A DNA stretch of 64,000 nt from positions 7,192 to 71,191 of the forward strand of contig JBKGVB010000033.1 in the NCBI GenBank assembly GCA_046462475.1, read 5' to 3'. Under the pieces are notes generated by a model that saw only the letters and a list, made by a program, of their open reading frames with translations, made no database searches and was not told the DNA's origin. This stretch comes from Candidatus Saccharimonadales bacterium (GTDB lineage Bacteria; Patescibacteriota; Saccharimonadia; Saccharimonadales; Saccharimonadaceae). Made by a program: the position numbers and the translations under genes. Below, in pieces: positions 19,477 to 29,393 of this stretch. Position 1 is the stretch's first letter. Every line of letters starts with the position of its first letter.

Positions 19477-21197
19477 ACGCCAATCTGTACGACATCACCC
19501 TTGATAGCGTTTCGGAAATAATTGTCATGGCTTACATACAGGATCGCACCCGAGTATTTTTCAAGTGCCGTCTCGAGTTCTTCGATACTCGGAAGGTCAA
19601 GGTGATTCGTTGGTTCATCTAAAATCAGCAGCTGCGGGTCATTCGCTAACATATCGATAATCTGCAGCCGTGCTTTCTGTCCACCGGAAAGTTTGCCGAC
19701 CGGAACTTGTCCATCGCCTTCGGTAAACAAATAATCACTCATCAGTTGCCGAACTTTCGTTTCGCCAATCGCCAGCTTTCGATCCAGATACACACGCTCG
19801 ATCGCATCGTGAAGCGTCAAATCAAAGAGGGCAGGGGAAACCTCTTGCTCGTAGATGCCAACACGAACATTCGGATCAAGTGAAAGCTCACCATTAAATA
19901 GTGAGATTGCCCCGGAATCAGTCGGTGAACTTTTATCAGCCGACCTGACCTCCTCGGCACCGTTAGACACCACTGGGGAAGACGACGAATTGTTCATTGG
20001 CCGATGGCTAAGAAGTGCTTTGATAAGCGTTGACTTACCGGCACCGTTACGGCCGCGCAGCTCAAGCGCCTCGCCTTCGCGCAGATCGATGTCCACACCA
20101 CTAAATAGGGGAGTGCCGTAGCCGAGACTGAGTTCGCGCGCACTCACGAGTACGTGCTTCGAACGCGACTCATCATTCTTAAGATTCATACGAATGTTTT
20201 TTGCCTTAAACTTATCGTACTGATTCGCCACTTTGTAATTGAGATTTTGCACCGAGTCCTTGTCGATCCAAAATGTCGGCTTTTCCTTTGTCTGAAGCTC
20301 TGCGAGCTCCTTGCGGGATTGCTCCTCAAGGCGTTTAAATTTCTGAATCGTCCCCGGGTTTCGTGACTTTTCCTTCAGGCGTTGGTAGTCGATCACTTTT
20401 TGCTTGAGATTGACAATACGTTTTTCAATCATCTCAAACTCATTCATAGCCGTACCAGTAGAGTGAGCATTTTGCTTCAGATAGGCATCGTAATTTCCCT
20501 TGAAGCTCTGCGAGCCGCCGTCTTTTAATTCGACTATCCTGTCGACTTGCTGCAATACATCTCGGTCATGCGTAATCACCAACATTGCTTCACGTGCCGA
20601 CTTCATCCATTCAATAAACTGTTCTTTCGCCACATAATCCATATGGTTAGTGGGCTCGTCGATCAATGCCAAGTGCGCATCCGAATGCATCACTTTTACA
20701 ACTTCAACGAGACGCTTCTGACCACCAGAAAGGGAAGCGAACGACCGATGCGCGACCCCAGGAAGCTGGAAATTATCGAGCTCACGCTCCACTTTCTCTT
20801 CAATCTGATAAAATCCTTTTTGCTCAAAGCGCTCCAGTGCTTCTGTATATTCATTGATGAGCTTCATATTGTCACCCATAGTCTCGGGATATGTCTCGAT
20901 AATATGACTCAATTCTTTATACTCGGGCAGGCCCGCCAGAACATACTGCAACACCGTTTGGTCGCCCACATGTGCATGCTCCTGCGCAGTCGCAACGACC
21001 GTCGTGCCTTTTTTAAAAATAACGTCACCACTAAAATCAGTATCGCTACCCGCCAACATGCTAAAAAGTGTCGATTTGCCAATACCATTGCGTCCCACAA
21101 CGCCGACTTTCTCACCATCGTCCACTGAAAACTTCACATTGGTCATCAAGACCTTCGGTCCAAAAGACTTTTCAGTGATAGAAATATCAGCAATCAT
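19473..21197 (-). CDS. ABC-F family ATPase (two ABC domains, no TM domain)
   Basis: Two Walker A motifs (GRNGIGKST, GRNGAGKST), two signature motifs (LSGGQKRL, LSGGQKARL) and a charged inter-domain linker. Confidence 0.9.
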   Translation of the reverse strand: MIADISITEKSFGPKVLMTNVKFSVDDGEKVGVVGRNGIGKSTLFSMLAGSDTDFSGDVIFKKGTTVVATAQEHAHVGDQTVLQYVLAGLPEYKELSHIIETYPETMGDNMKLINEYTEALERFEQKGFYQIEEKVERELDNFQLPGVAHRSFASLSGGQKRLVEVVKVMHSDAHLALIDEPTNHMDYVAKEQFIEWMKSAREAMLVITHDRDVLQQVDRIVELKDGGSQSFKGNYDAYLKQNAHSTGTAMNEFEMIEKRIVNLKQKVIDYQRLKEKSRNPGTIQKFKRLEEQSRKELAELQTKEKPTFWIDKDSVQNLNYKVANQYDKFKAKNIRMNLKNDESRSKHVLVSARELSLGYGTPLFSGVDIDLREGEALELRGRNGAGKSTLIKALLSHRPMNNSSSSPVVSNGAEEVRSADKSSPTDSGAISLFNGELSLDPNVRVGIYEQEVSPALFDLTLHDAIERVYLDRKLAIGETKVRQLMSDYLFTEGDGQVPVGKLSGGQKARLQIIDMLANDPQLLILDEPTNHLDLPSIEELETALEKYSGAILYVSHDNYFRNAIKGDVVQIGV

Positions 21198-21218
21198 ACT
21201 AGACTATTTTAACAGAGG

Positions 21219-21227
21219 TGATACAAT
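21219..21227 (+). promoter_or_regulatory. Extended -10 box TGATACAAT
   Basis: Same 9-mer as at 3217 and 40307. It ends 8 nt before the ATG at 21236. Confidence 0.45.
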
Positions 21228-21235
21228 TTCATAAG

Positions 21236-22066
21236 ATGAAAATGCAACTCGATCAGGTACATTACTGGACATACGGCGATAAAACGAAACCAAGTATCGT
21301 CATGGTTCATGGTTTTACAGGTTCCCACGAAGGATTTCAGTATATCGTACCTAAGCTTGAAAAACATTTTTATGTAATCGTCCCTGATCTACCAGGCTTC
21401 GGAAAAAGCACATTACCTTCAAAACCCTGGACGATAGATGCTCTCGCGAAACATACGGACGATTTTGTCCGATCACTCAAGCTGAAAAGAAAGCCGCACC
21501 TTATCGCACACTCGATGGGCGGCCTTGTAGCTGCCAGTATGCTTGCGCAAGCGCCAGAACTCTTTAGTGACACGCCAGTCTTGATCAGTCCAGTCGCAAC
21601 CAAAGTTGGCGCTCTCGATAGCCGTAAGATCGGGGAGCTTGGTGGTAGGCTGCAATACGGTGTCGGTAAAATGGTGCCAATCCTTGGGCCGCGTATCGTA
21701 AAAAGTAAGCACTTGTCGAAGCTCGCCACCAATCTCATCATGACGACAAAACATCCTGACTTACAAAAAACGATTCATGGCCATCATTTTAAAAATCTTG
21801 AATATATCTCCAGTATCGACTACTACTACCAGCTTCATAAAGACATCAATAAACGAGGTGGAGTAGACTACGCGCACAAGCTCCAAGATTTTAAACCCTT
21901 GATCGTAGCCGGAGACAAAGACAATGTTACGCCACTCAAAACAGAAAAAATACTGGCGAATAAACTTAATGCGACACTAAAGGTCATCCCTGGAGTAGGG
22001 CATTTAGCACATTACGAAAAGCCTACAGAAGTCGCTGAGGCGATCGTCGCGTTTTTGAGCCGATAA
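21236..22066 (+). CDS. Alpha/beta-fold hydrolase
   Basis: VMVHGFTGS, nucleophile elbow HSMGG and GVGHLAHYEKP. The track start at 21218 is a GTG inside the -10 box, so the ATG at 21236 is preferred. Confidence 0.75.
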   Translation: MKMQLDQVHYWTYGDKTKPSIVMVHGFTGSHEGFQYIVPKLEKHFYVIVPDLPGFGKSTLPSKPWTIDALAKHTDDFVRSLKLKRKPHLIAHSMGGLVAASMLAQAPELFSDTPVLISPVATKVGALDSRKIGELGGRLQYGVGKMVPILGPRIVKSKHLSKLATNLIMTTKHPDLQKTIHGHHFKNLEYISSIDYYYQLHKDINKRGGVDYAHKLQDFKPLIVAGDKDNVTPLKTEKILANKLNATLKVIPGVGHLAHYEKPTEVAEAIVAFLSR

Positions 22067-23237
22067 GACTGTCGTAGATTGTTTCAAACTGATCAAGCGT
22101 GTAAGTAATGTCGTGCGTCTTAACAATCGCAAGGCTTTCCTTGGCATACTTCGCTCGAAGCTTTTCATCACCGACAAGAGTCTCCAAAGAATCCGTAATC
22201 TGCTCAACATTATCTTTTTCACAGAGGAAACCATTGCGATCATTTTGGCATAATTCCTTCACCGCACCGGCATCAACTGCAACCAGCGGCTTGCCACTTG
22301 CCATCGCTTCCATCGCAGCGATACATTGCAACTCAGAGGGGCTTGGCATACAGAAAATATCACCGACCTTTTGTAGCTCAACAATCTCATCATCAGTCAC
22401 GCGGCCCGTGAACGTCACATGGTCGTGCAAGTCCAGCTGGTACACCTGATTCTCGAGTCGATCGCTATCGGTACCAAATCCGACGATAAGCAAATGAAGC
22501 GGCTTGTTGGTGCGTTTGACAAGCTTACTAAATGCATCAATCAGTACCCAAATATGCTTTTCACTATCGAGCCGTCCGACATAAGAGATGACCAGCCTAT
22601 CTTTTGGTATCTCAAATTTCTTATAGATAGCAGCGCTCGGCTTGCCGGGTTTGAATCTGCTCAAATCAATACCGTTTGATACGGCCTGGATCGGAATGTC
22701 AGGCAATTTCTCGCGGCCGTTCACCAGCATATCGATAGCCGCCTGCGTTGGCATCGTCACGTAGTCTGCCTTTGAGTGAAAACGCGCGCCATATTCAGTA
22801 ATGAGATAGTTAATCGGCTTAGAAATTGGCGCCAACAAGCGAATATTGTCCATTAGATTTTCTGGGATCGCATGGTTTGTTGCCACGACTGGGATATTAA
22901 ATCGCTTACCATAGCGCATTGCCGCCTGGCCAATACCGAGCAGCATCTGGATATGGATAACATCTGGTTCGAATTCCTCAATAATGCGTCTTACCTCGCG
23001 GCGAGGAGACACTGAGATGCGAAAGTTTTGATAGAAGGGAAAAGGTACCGACATTGTTCGTTTAATGAGGTAGCTTCCGTCTTGTTCTTCACCAGCTAGT
23101 CCCGATCGGCGCTGACTCGGCGCGACTACCACAACTTCATGACCGCGTGCCGCGAGGCCCTCAGCGAGATTACGGCTGAATACCGCCACGCCATTGATAG
23201 TCGGCCAGTGCAGGTCGGCTGCAATTAGAATTTTCAT
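22023..23237 (-). CDS. GT4-family glycosyltransferase
   Basis: MKILIAADLHWPTINGVAVF N-terminus and a C-terminal E..G....EAMA motif. Start trimmed to the ATG at 23237. Confidence 0.8.
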   Translation of the reverse strand: MKILIAADLHWPTINGVAVFSRNLAEGLAARGHEVVVVAPSQRRSGLAGEEQDGSYLIKRTMSVPFPFYQNFRISVSPRREVRRIIEEFEPDVIHIQMLLGIGQAAMRYGKRFNIPVVATNHAIPENLMDNIRLLAPISKPINYLITEYGARFHSKADYVTMPTQAAIDMLVNGREKLPDIPIQAVSNGIDLSRFKPGKPSAAIYKKFEIPKDRLVISYVGRLDSEKHIWVLIDAFSKLVKRTNKPLHLLIVGFGTDSDRLENQVYQLDLHDHVTFTGRVTDDEIVELQKVGDIFCMPSPSELQCIAAMEAMASGKPLVAVDAGAVKELCQNDRNGFLCEKDNVEQITDSLETLVGDEKLRAKYAKESLAIVKTHDITYTLDQFETIYDSLIGSKTRRSPQRLL

Positions 23238-23296
23238 ATGTGCTTCATTATACCATGTCCGGTTTAGCAAGTAGGGCATGCTACACTGAGTTGAGA

Positions 23297-24385
23297 ATGA
23301 AATTCTTTTTCGACACTCGCTATATTCGCACCGATTATCCAGATGGCATCTCCCGCTATACCACTGAGCTAGCAGGTGCGCTGCACGACTTATATCCAGC
23401 CACAACCTTCATTATTTCTGATGAGAAACAGCTCAACTTTCTACCAAAAGGCTGCTCATGGATAAAAATTCATCCTGTCTCATCGCCAAAAGAACCATTC
23501 ACGGCACTCGTCCTGAATACGTTTCACCCTGATGTCGTCGCCACGCCGCTACAGTCGATGGGAAGTTTTGGACGCAAGTTCAAACTTATCCTTAACCAGC
23601 AAGACATGACCTACTATAAACACGCGACACCACCTGCATACTTTCCATGGTATGTCCGTCTCACATGGTGGCTCTACCACCTGACATACTGGCCAGGACG
23701 ACTCACGTTGAATGCTGCTGATGTCGTCGCAACTGTATCTGAAACCAGCAAAAATGAAATCGAAGTCGCCCGGCTAACAAAACGTCCGATTATCGTAGTA
23801 CCAAATGCCGCTCGTGATCTTTCAGAGCTCCTTGAAAAACCCGTCTCTCAGAAAGACACGCCACCAAGCAATCTTGTCTTTATGGGATCGCTCATACCTC
23901 ACAAAAATGTCTTGACGCTTGTCAGAGCATTGGAGTTTCTTCCCGGTCGCACATTACATCTACTGAGTCGCGGATCAGAAAGTTATATCGAGGAACTTAA
24001 ACAGGCGATACCTAAGGGCGCAAACGTACAGTTTTATAACGGCGTTAGCGATGAAAAGTACGCGAACATCTTGGCCGATGATGCCATCATGGTCAGCGCC
24101 TCAAAATCTGAAGGATTTGGACTGCCGCTCGCCGAAGCGTTAAAGCTCGGCGTGCCGTGCGTCGTCAGTGACATTCCACCATTTCATGAAGTAGCAGGGG
24201 AGGGTGCGCTTTTTGCCGACCCGACCAGCCCAAAAGACTTTGCCGACAAGATCAAGCAGCTCGACCAAAAAGCCAAGCGGGAAATGCTCATAAAATCTGG
24301 CCATGTTCATATCGACTCATTCTCATGGAAGAAATCCGCTACAATCTTGCTCGATACAGCCAAGAAACTTGCCAAAACAAGCTGA
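23297..24385 (+). CDS. GT4-family glycosyltransferase
   Basis: SEGFGLPLAEALKLGVPCVVSD motif. Divergent from the neighbouring GT gene. Start trimmed to the ATG at 23297. Confidence 0.8.
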   Translation: MKFFFDTRYIRTDYPDGISRYTTELAGALHDLYPATTFIISDEKQLNFLPKGCSWIKIHPVSSPKEPFTALVLNTFHPDVVATPLQSMGSFGRKFKLILNQQDMTYYKHATPPAYFPWYVRLTWWLYHLTYWPGRLTLNAADVVATVSETSKNEIEVARLTKRPIIVVPNAARDLSELLEKPVSQKDTPPSNLVFMGSLIPHKNVLTLVRALEFLPGRTLHLLSRGSESYIEELKQAIPKGANVQFYNGVSDEKYANILADDAIMVSASKSEGFGLPLAEALKLGVPCVVSDIPPFHEVAGEGALFADPTSPKDFADKIKQLDQKAKREMLIKSGHVHIDSFSWKKSATILLDTAKKLAKTS

Positions 24386-24411
24386 ATCTCGGCAATTTAT
24401 AACTTCTGCTA

Positions 24412-25236
24412 CTACTTTTTCAATACTGTCGCGATGAGTTCAGCAACCGGCCGCCCCATGGCATTTTTTCCGATCTTTGCCGAGGTATCAACCACTAGCA
24501 TTGGGCGATCTTCCCTCGACAATTCATGAGGCATATTTGGAAGCTGGTATGTCGGTGCTCCTACAGGAGGAATAACCGGCTGGACGGTTCGCTCGCGATC
24601 TTTCTGGTTGCGCTCATTAATCTGGCCGACCAGCGTATCAACTTGAGCCTTCTCATCAGCCGTAAGCTCTTCATATTCTTTACCGGCAAAACCCAGAGTG
24701 CGGCGAGCACCAACGACTGGATCACAAGTAAAATATAGGCCCAAAGTAAAGTCGCAAAGCCCTTCCTGTTCGAGCATAATACCGGTTTCTTCCAGTGCTC
24801 GTCCATCAAGCAGCACTACTTCATAGCCTTCTATGCGAGCATCTCGAAGCCATTTCTTGAGTAATTCATCCTTGAAAGCCTGGCTAAGTGGGCGCGCACC
24901 GACCTTGGCGCTATTTGCTCCAACTTCGTTTGTGTAGAGCAGTTCATCGCGCTCATTTTTGTCCATATGGTAGACATCCTTAACAAATTGTACGCATTTT
25001 TCAGCCTCGGCTTCGTCGCTCAGGAAAGCGTCGATCGCTTCTGGATTTTCCATATCGACGCCCACACGAGTTGCAGCGACAACTAAAACGCGGAACACTT
25101 GTCCCGCGTCAATCAACATCACTCTATAGCCCTGATCATCTCGAAGGTAATCTTTTACCGCCGAGACGATTGTACCTTTTCCACTGCGAGCCTCGCCGTC
25201 AAATGTAATCAATTTTGGCAGGCTATTGTCAGTCAT
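24412..25236 (-). CDS. cmk: Cytidylate kinase-family protein (long form)
   Basis: ITFDGEARSGKGT P-loop, D.G..FRVL, LLDGRA and ERN.KDRERTV.P motifs, laid out as in Cmk. Confidence 0.65.
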   Translation of the reverse strand: MTDNSLPKLITFDGEARSGKGTIVSAVKDYLRDDQGYRVMLIDAGQVFRVLVVAATRVGVDMENPEAIDAFLSDEAEAEKCVQFVKDVYHMDKNERDELLYTNEVGANSAKVGARPLSQAFKDELLKKWLRDARIEGYEVVLLDGRALEETGIMLEQEGLCDFTLGLYFTCDPVVGARRTLGFAGKEYEELTADEKAQVDTLVGQINERNQKDRERTVQPVIPPVGAPTYQLPNMPHELSREDRPMLVVDTSAKIGKNAMGRPVAELIATVLKK

Positions 25237-25323
25237 CTTGATAGACTATAGCAAATAGTTCCAGATATGACAAAGCCGCCCGTTCCCGCACCGCTGGCTG
25301 CGGCAGGTACTGGGCGGCATATG

Positions 25324-26028
25324 TCAGAGAGTCGTATCTGCCGTGACCGGGCAGAACTGTTCGGCGTCCCACTCCACGTGCTGATACTTCGGATCGGGCG
25401 GATCGACCGCATCCAGAAGTGTCAGTAGCAGAAACTGCAGCAGGAAGGCAAGTGCTGCCACTGTCGCCACAGACCATGCTGCGAACAGCTGGGGCAGCAA
25501 CAACCAGAGCAGCATGCCGATAGCGACCGGAAAGACGGCCCAGTCATGCCACACCTTCGTGGGGCAATCCAGCATGGTTTCGTAGCGGCTTTCGATATAC
25601 CGCCTTCCGTCCATCAAGCGGAACAAGCAAGCGCAGATAGCACCAATCCCCAGACAGCCAGCCGCAAAAGCATAGCCAGTCATCCAGTTCGATGACGGGA
25701 CCTGCCGCCAGCCATAGACTGCGAAGCCAAACACCACGGGCAGTACAGCAACGTCGCCATACATGAAGGCCTTGGAGGCCTTGCTATTGAAGAGGGAGAG
25801 GGAATCGTCCTCCCACCAGCGACGAAGGATATACATCGCCACCGGCGACAGCACTACGGCCCAGATCGGCAGCAACCACCAGTCGCCATCCCGAGTGGCG
25901 TACACGCCACCGAAAAACGCGACTACGGCAGCAACCACCGTCGCCAAGTACATGTCTTCCTGATAGCCGAAGACAGTCATGTACCAAAACTTACGGAGCA
26001 TCAACATCACCAACTTTCTCTCTGACAA
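25324..26028 (-). CDS. Polytopic membrane protein (234 aa), GC-rich
   Basis: About 6 hydrophobic helices. No family recognised. Composition is distinctly more GC-rich than the neighbours. Confidence 0.6.
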   Translation of the reverse strand: MSERKLVMLMLRKFWYMTVFGYQEDMYLATVVAAVVAFFGGVYATRDGDWWLLPIWAVVLSPVAMYILRRWWEDDSLSLFNSKASKAFMYGDVAVLPVVFGFAVYGWRQVPSSNWMTGYAFAAGCLGIGAICACLFRLMDGRRYIESRYETMLDCPTKVWHDWAVFPVAIGMLLWLLLPQLFAAWSVATVAALAFLLQFLLLTLLDAVDPPDPKYQHVEWDAEQFCPVTADTTL

Positions 26029-26118
26029 GGGGCAAGCGTATCCAATTCATGTGGAAACACTATTATTTATTTTAACATAATTTCAATATATAGCAACTTG
26101 TGTATATCATGGAACTAT

Positions 26119-26871
26119 ATGGGTCTTCATGTAATTACCTCTGGAAATGGACCGGTCATCGTTATGCTTCACGGCTTTTTAAGTTCCTCTACCTACTTCA
26201 AACGCTTCCGTAAAGAATTTGAGCACTCACACACGGTCATTACAGTCGACTTGCTAGGATCCGGTAAATCTTCACGGCCAGGTGAGCCCGTTACGTATGA
26301 ATCGCATATCGAAGCACTTCACACTATCCTGTGTGATCTACCGCGGCCATTCGTACTCCTTGGACATTCAATGGGAGCGTTAATTGCAGCGCGATATGCT
26401 ATCTTGTTTCCCGAGCACATACGATCTGTGATTCTTTTCAATCCACCCGTATTTTCGTCGACAGATCAGGCAAAGAGATCTATCGAGGCGACTGGCTTTC
26501 ATTACCGTGCGGCGCTTTCACATCCGCGAAGTCATCTTCTGTGGCGAGCATTGAAACTTCTCCCAAGAATGCCACAACAATTCACGGCGCCGCTCAATCT
26601 TACCAGCAGCCTGCAAACTCATCGTTATGCGCGAGAGGGTGGCTACAGCAATATCATCCTTCGAGCAGAACTTATTCATGACTTAGTCCGCATACCCCAA
26701 CCGACGCTACTCATAGCAGGCAAACGAGACCGCTCACTCTACCGAGAAACCCTCTCGGCACTTTCCATCCCCAGGCATGTCTCCGTACAAGAAGTAGCCA
26801 CAGGACACCATACACTTGTTCATAAGCCGCACTTCGCCAGGCAACTTGTGATGTCTCATCTGTTACAATAA
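26119..26871 (+). CDS. Alpha/beta-fold hydrolase
   Basis: VIVMLHGFLSS, GHSMGALIA and ATGHHTLVHKP. The track start at 26098 is TTG and the first ATG is at 26119. Confidence 0.7.
   Translation: MGLHVITSGNGPVIVMLHGFLSSSTYFKRFRKEFEHSHTVITVDLLGSGKSSRPGEPVTYESHIEALHTILCDLPRPFVLLGHSMGALIAARYAILFPEHIRSVILFNPPVFSSTDQAKRSIEATGFHYRAALSHPRSHLLWRALKLLPRMPQQFTAPLNLTSSLQTHRYAREGGYSNIILRAELIHDLVRIPQPTLLIAGKRDRSLYRETLSALSIPRHVSVQEVATGHHTLVHKPHFARQLVMSHLLQ
26861..26869 (+). promoter_or_regulatory. Extended -10 box TGTTACAAT (within CATCTGTTACAAT), 8 nt before the smpB ATG
   Basis: Overlaps the stop codon of the upstream hydrolase. The same 13-mer family occurs at 46445 and 56076. Confidence 0.45.
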
Positions 26872-26877
26872 ATAATT

Positions 26878-27348
26878 ATGCCAAAGGCGAAGAAACCAGC
26901 CCAGCCAAAGACCGTCCTCAACCGCAGGGCTCGCTTTGATTACGCTCTAGGCGACGAGATCGTGGCTGGTCTCGCGCTTACCGGGGCCGAAGTACGCGCC
27001 GCACGCGATGGGCATGTACAGCTAAAAGGAGCTTTTGTCTCGCTGAAGGACGACGAGCTCTGGCTCAATAACGCCAGTTTTTCACTAAAGCTCAATGAAA
27101 AAGGCCAAAACGGCCGCACCGTTGATACTCGTCCGCGCAAACTTCTTGCGAACCGCAAGCAAATCGATCACTTCAAAGCCGAAAAACAAGCCGGCATGAC
27201 CATTGTTCCAACAAAATTACTTACTCAAGGACGATTCATAAAACTCGTCACTGCGCTTGGAAAAGGAAAGAAGCGCTACGACAAACGCGAGACAATTAAA
27301 CGTCGCGATCAAGAACGCGACACGAGAAAAGCGCTTAAACACTACTAA
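26878..27348 (+). CDS. smpB: SsrA-binding protein
   Basis: NRRARFDYALGDEIVAGLALTGAEV and a basic C-terminal tail. Confidence 0.9.
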   Translation: MPKAKKPAQPKTVLNRRARFDYALGDEIVAGLALTGAEVRAARDGHVQLKGAFVSLKDDELWLNNASFSLKLNEKGQNGRTVDTRPRKLLANRKQIDHFKAEKQAGMTIVPTKLLTQGRFIKLVTALGKGKKRYDKRETIKRRDQERDTRKALKHY

Positions 27349-27354
27349 AGAACG

Positions 27355-27385
27355 TACCCCTCTCCCGGAACCCGAGAGAGGGGTA
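27355..27385. terminator. 10-bp perfect hairpin between the convergent smpB and GC-rich ORF
   Basis: TACCCCTCTC (27355-27364) pairs with GAGAGGGGTA (27376-27385). The U-tracts are weak on both strands. Confidence 0.45.
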
Positions 27386-27399
27386 TATTCGTCACTACT

Positions 27400-27846
27400 T
27401 TATGCCAGGCGGACACCACGTGTTTGGTTGCGCCGAAGCTCCACAACACGCGGCGGCTCGAGCCGGAGACGCTTGATCCTCTTGCCATCGAACGACAGCT
27501 TGAGAAGAGGTACGGAAGCATCGTCATGCGCCTGTAGCAGAAATTCATCGCCACAACGCCGCAAGCCTATCATGCCCGTCGCCTTCCACCAGGACTCATC
27601 ATCGCACATGCGCGCAAAATGCAGCCGAATTCCAGTGTAAAACCCACCGGAGAACAGCACAGGAGCCGTATAGTACCGAATGAGATCGGTAACGGCCTCG
27701 CAGTTGCCCTCAGGCAGCAGCGTTCCGTGCGGCTCCGTCTCGGCCAACTTGGCCCGAGCCCTGAACCGCTCACGGACACGCGCTCCAGCGATCGCTTGCC
27801 TGACCAGCTGCTCGTTCGATAAGTCGAGAATGGCACGCATATCCAC
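27400..27846 (-). CDS. Hypothetical protein (148 aa), GC-rich
   Basis: A sampled line has about 65% GC. No motif recognised. A competing plus-strand ORF here is only the spurious 5' extension of xth. Confidence 0.5.
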   Translation of the reverse strand: MDMRAILDLSNEQLVRQAIAGARVRERFRARAKLAETEPHGTLLPEGNCEAVTDLIRYYTAPVLFSGGFYTGIRLHFARMCDDESWWKATGMIGLRRCGDEFLLQAHDDASVPLLKLSFDGKRIKRLRLEPPRVVELRRNQTRGVRLA

Positions 27847-27934
27847 AGGTCATCACTTCCTAAATCTAGTAGGTACGAACAGTGAAACTATACCACTTTA
27901 TACCTTTTATGACAATGTCACGTATACTAGATAC

Positions 27935-28729
27935 ATGAAGTTATATTCTTGGAACGTGAACGGCATCCGTGCAGTCGTACGAAAAGGTGAATTACAAAAA
28001 TTTTTAGCACAATATCAGCCGGATATCTTCTGTCTCCAGGAGACAAAGGCCGAGCAGGGGCAGGCGGAGTTCGACGCCAGCGGCTATGAAGAATACTGGA
28101 ACTCATCGAAAGCCAAGAAAGGCTACTCTGGCACCGCAATTTTTACGAAGATCAAACCAATCGCTATTATTAATGACATCCCTCACGAAATCGCCCAGAA
28201 GCACAATCTCGAAGCTGACAAATACGGCCAGGCAAACGACGAAGGGCGAGTCATCGCTGCCGAGTTTGAAGATTTCTATGTCGTTACCGCCTACACGCCA
28301 AATGCAAAAGACGACCTGACTCGCATTCCGTTGCGCCAATGCTGGGACGAGGCAATGATTGATTACTGCAGCGAGCTCCAAAAGAATAAGCCGGTCCTGT
28401 ATTGTGGCGACATGAATGTTGCGCACACCGAAGACGATCTCGCCAATCCAAAGCCAAATCGCGGCAAAAAGGGCTTCACCGAGGAAGAGCGTACGGGCTT
28501 CGACAAATGGCTTGAGGCTGGGTTTGTCGATGTATTCCGTCGCGACCACGAGGGAAATGGCTTTTATACATGGTGGAGTCACTTTGCAAAGGCCAGGGAG
28601 CGCAATGTCGGTTGGCGTATTGACTACTGGCTTGCTTCGAAAGACTTCGCGAATCGAATCAAGAATCCGCAAATCCATGCCGAACAAATGGGGAGCGATC
28701 ACTGTCCCGTGAGTATTGAAATTCAATAA
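27935..28729 (+). CDS. xth: Exodeoxyribonuclease III
   Basis: SWNVNGIRA, CLQETK, GDMNVAH, WRIDY and GSDHCPV. Start trimmed to the ATG at 27935. Confidence 0.9.
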   Translation: MKLYSWNVNGIRAVVRKGELQKFLAQYQPDIFCLQETKAEQGQAEFDASGYEEYWNSSKAKKGYSGTAIFTKIKPIAIINDIPHEIAQKHNLEADKYGQANDEGRVIAAEFEDFYVVTAYTPNAKDDLTRIPLRQCWDEAMIDYCSELQKNKPVLYCGDMNVAHTEDDLANPKPNRGKKGFTEEERTGFDKWLEAGFVDVFRRDHEGNGFYTWWSHFAKARERNVGWRIDYWLASKDFANRIKNPQIHAEQMGSDHCPVSIEIQ

Positions 28730-28730
28730 T

Positions 28731-29357
28731 ATGGATTCGCTCCGAGACAAAACACTTATCATGCTTGTCGGCCCGAGTGCAGTAGGGAAGTCGACCTTGA
28801 TGAATAAGGTTATATATTTGCACCCGGAATTCGGCCGCGTGACAGGTTTCACAACTCGTGAGCCCCGAGCAAATGACGAGCCAGGACAGTACCGCTATCT
28901 CACAAAAGCAGAAGTGGAACAAAAAATTGAGAGCAGCGACCTCGTGCAATATGCCAGATTTCCTACCACGGGCCAGATCTACGGTACCGAAATTATCGAT
29001 TATCCCGCCACCTATAACATAAAAGACATCCTCGCTAATGCCGTAGCAGATTTTCGCACATTGCCATTTAGAAAAACGATCACTATCAGCCTCACTGCGC
29101 CAGTTGATGAGTGGCGCGAACGATTTCTCGACCGCTATCCAACCTCGAGCAAGGAAGCCGAAAAGCGACTGGAAGAAGCCAAACTTTCTATCAGCTGGTC
29201 GCTTAATGACCCGGAGACATACTGGCTCGAAAACCCCTCGGATCATATCACCAATACTGCCCAAAAACTCATCGAGATCGTACTCGACCAGCCTCCGCGC
29301 TCGACTCCTGAGACGCCCCGTGCCATACTCAAACTCCTCGACCAAGGCATCTGGTAG
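28731..29357 (+). CDS. gmk: Guanylate kinase-family protein
   Basis: GPSAVGKSTL P-loop and TTREPRANDEPGQYRYL. The ATG is 2 nt after the xth stop. Confidence 0.7.
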   Translation: MDSLRDKTLIMLVGPSAVGKSTLMNKVIYLHPEFGRVTGFTTREPRANDEPGQYRYLTKAEVEQKIESSDLVQYARFPTTGQIYGTEIIDYPATYNIKDILANAVADFRTLPFRKTITISLTAPVDEWRERFLDRYPTSSKEAEKRLEEAKLSISWSLNDPETYWLENPSDHITNTAQKLIEIVLDQPPRSTPETPRAILKLLDQGIW

Positions 29358-29378
29358 CACGACACGAACTTCTTCTGG

Positions 29379-29387
29379 TGATATACT
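29379..29387 (+). promoter_or_regulatory. Extended -10 box TGATATACT, 6 nt before the ATG at 29394
   Basis: TGnTAnAnT match and its position relative to the start codon. Confidence 0.4.
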
Positions 29388-29393
29388 ACACAT

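Noticed and set aside
27349-27934. A tmRNA (ssrA) gene adjacent to smpB
   Set aside because: There is no GGGG...UUCGAC 5' end, no tRNA-like GGUUCGAAUCC...CCACCA 3' end and no Ala-initiated tag frame on either strand.
28103-29393. Two long minus-strand ORFs (249 and 244 aa) opposite xth and gmk
   Set aside because: The plus-strand genes have unambiguous ExoIII and guanylate-kinase motifs. The antisense translations have no motifs and a biased composition.
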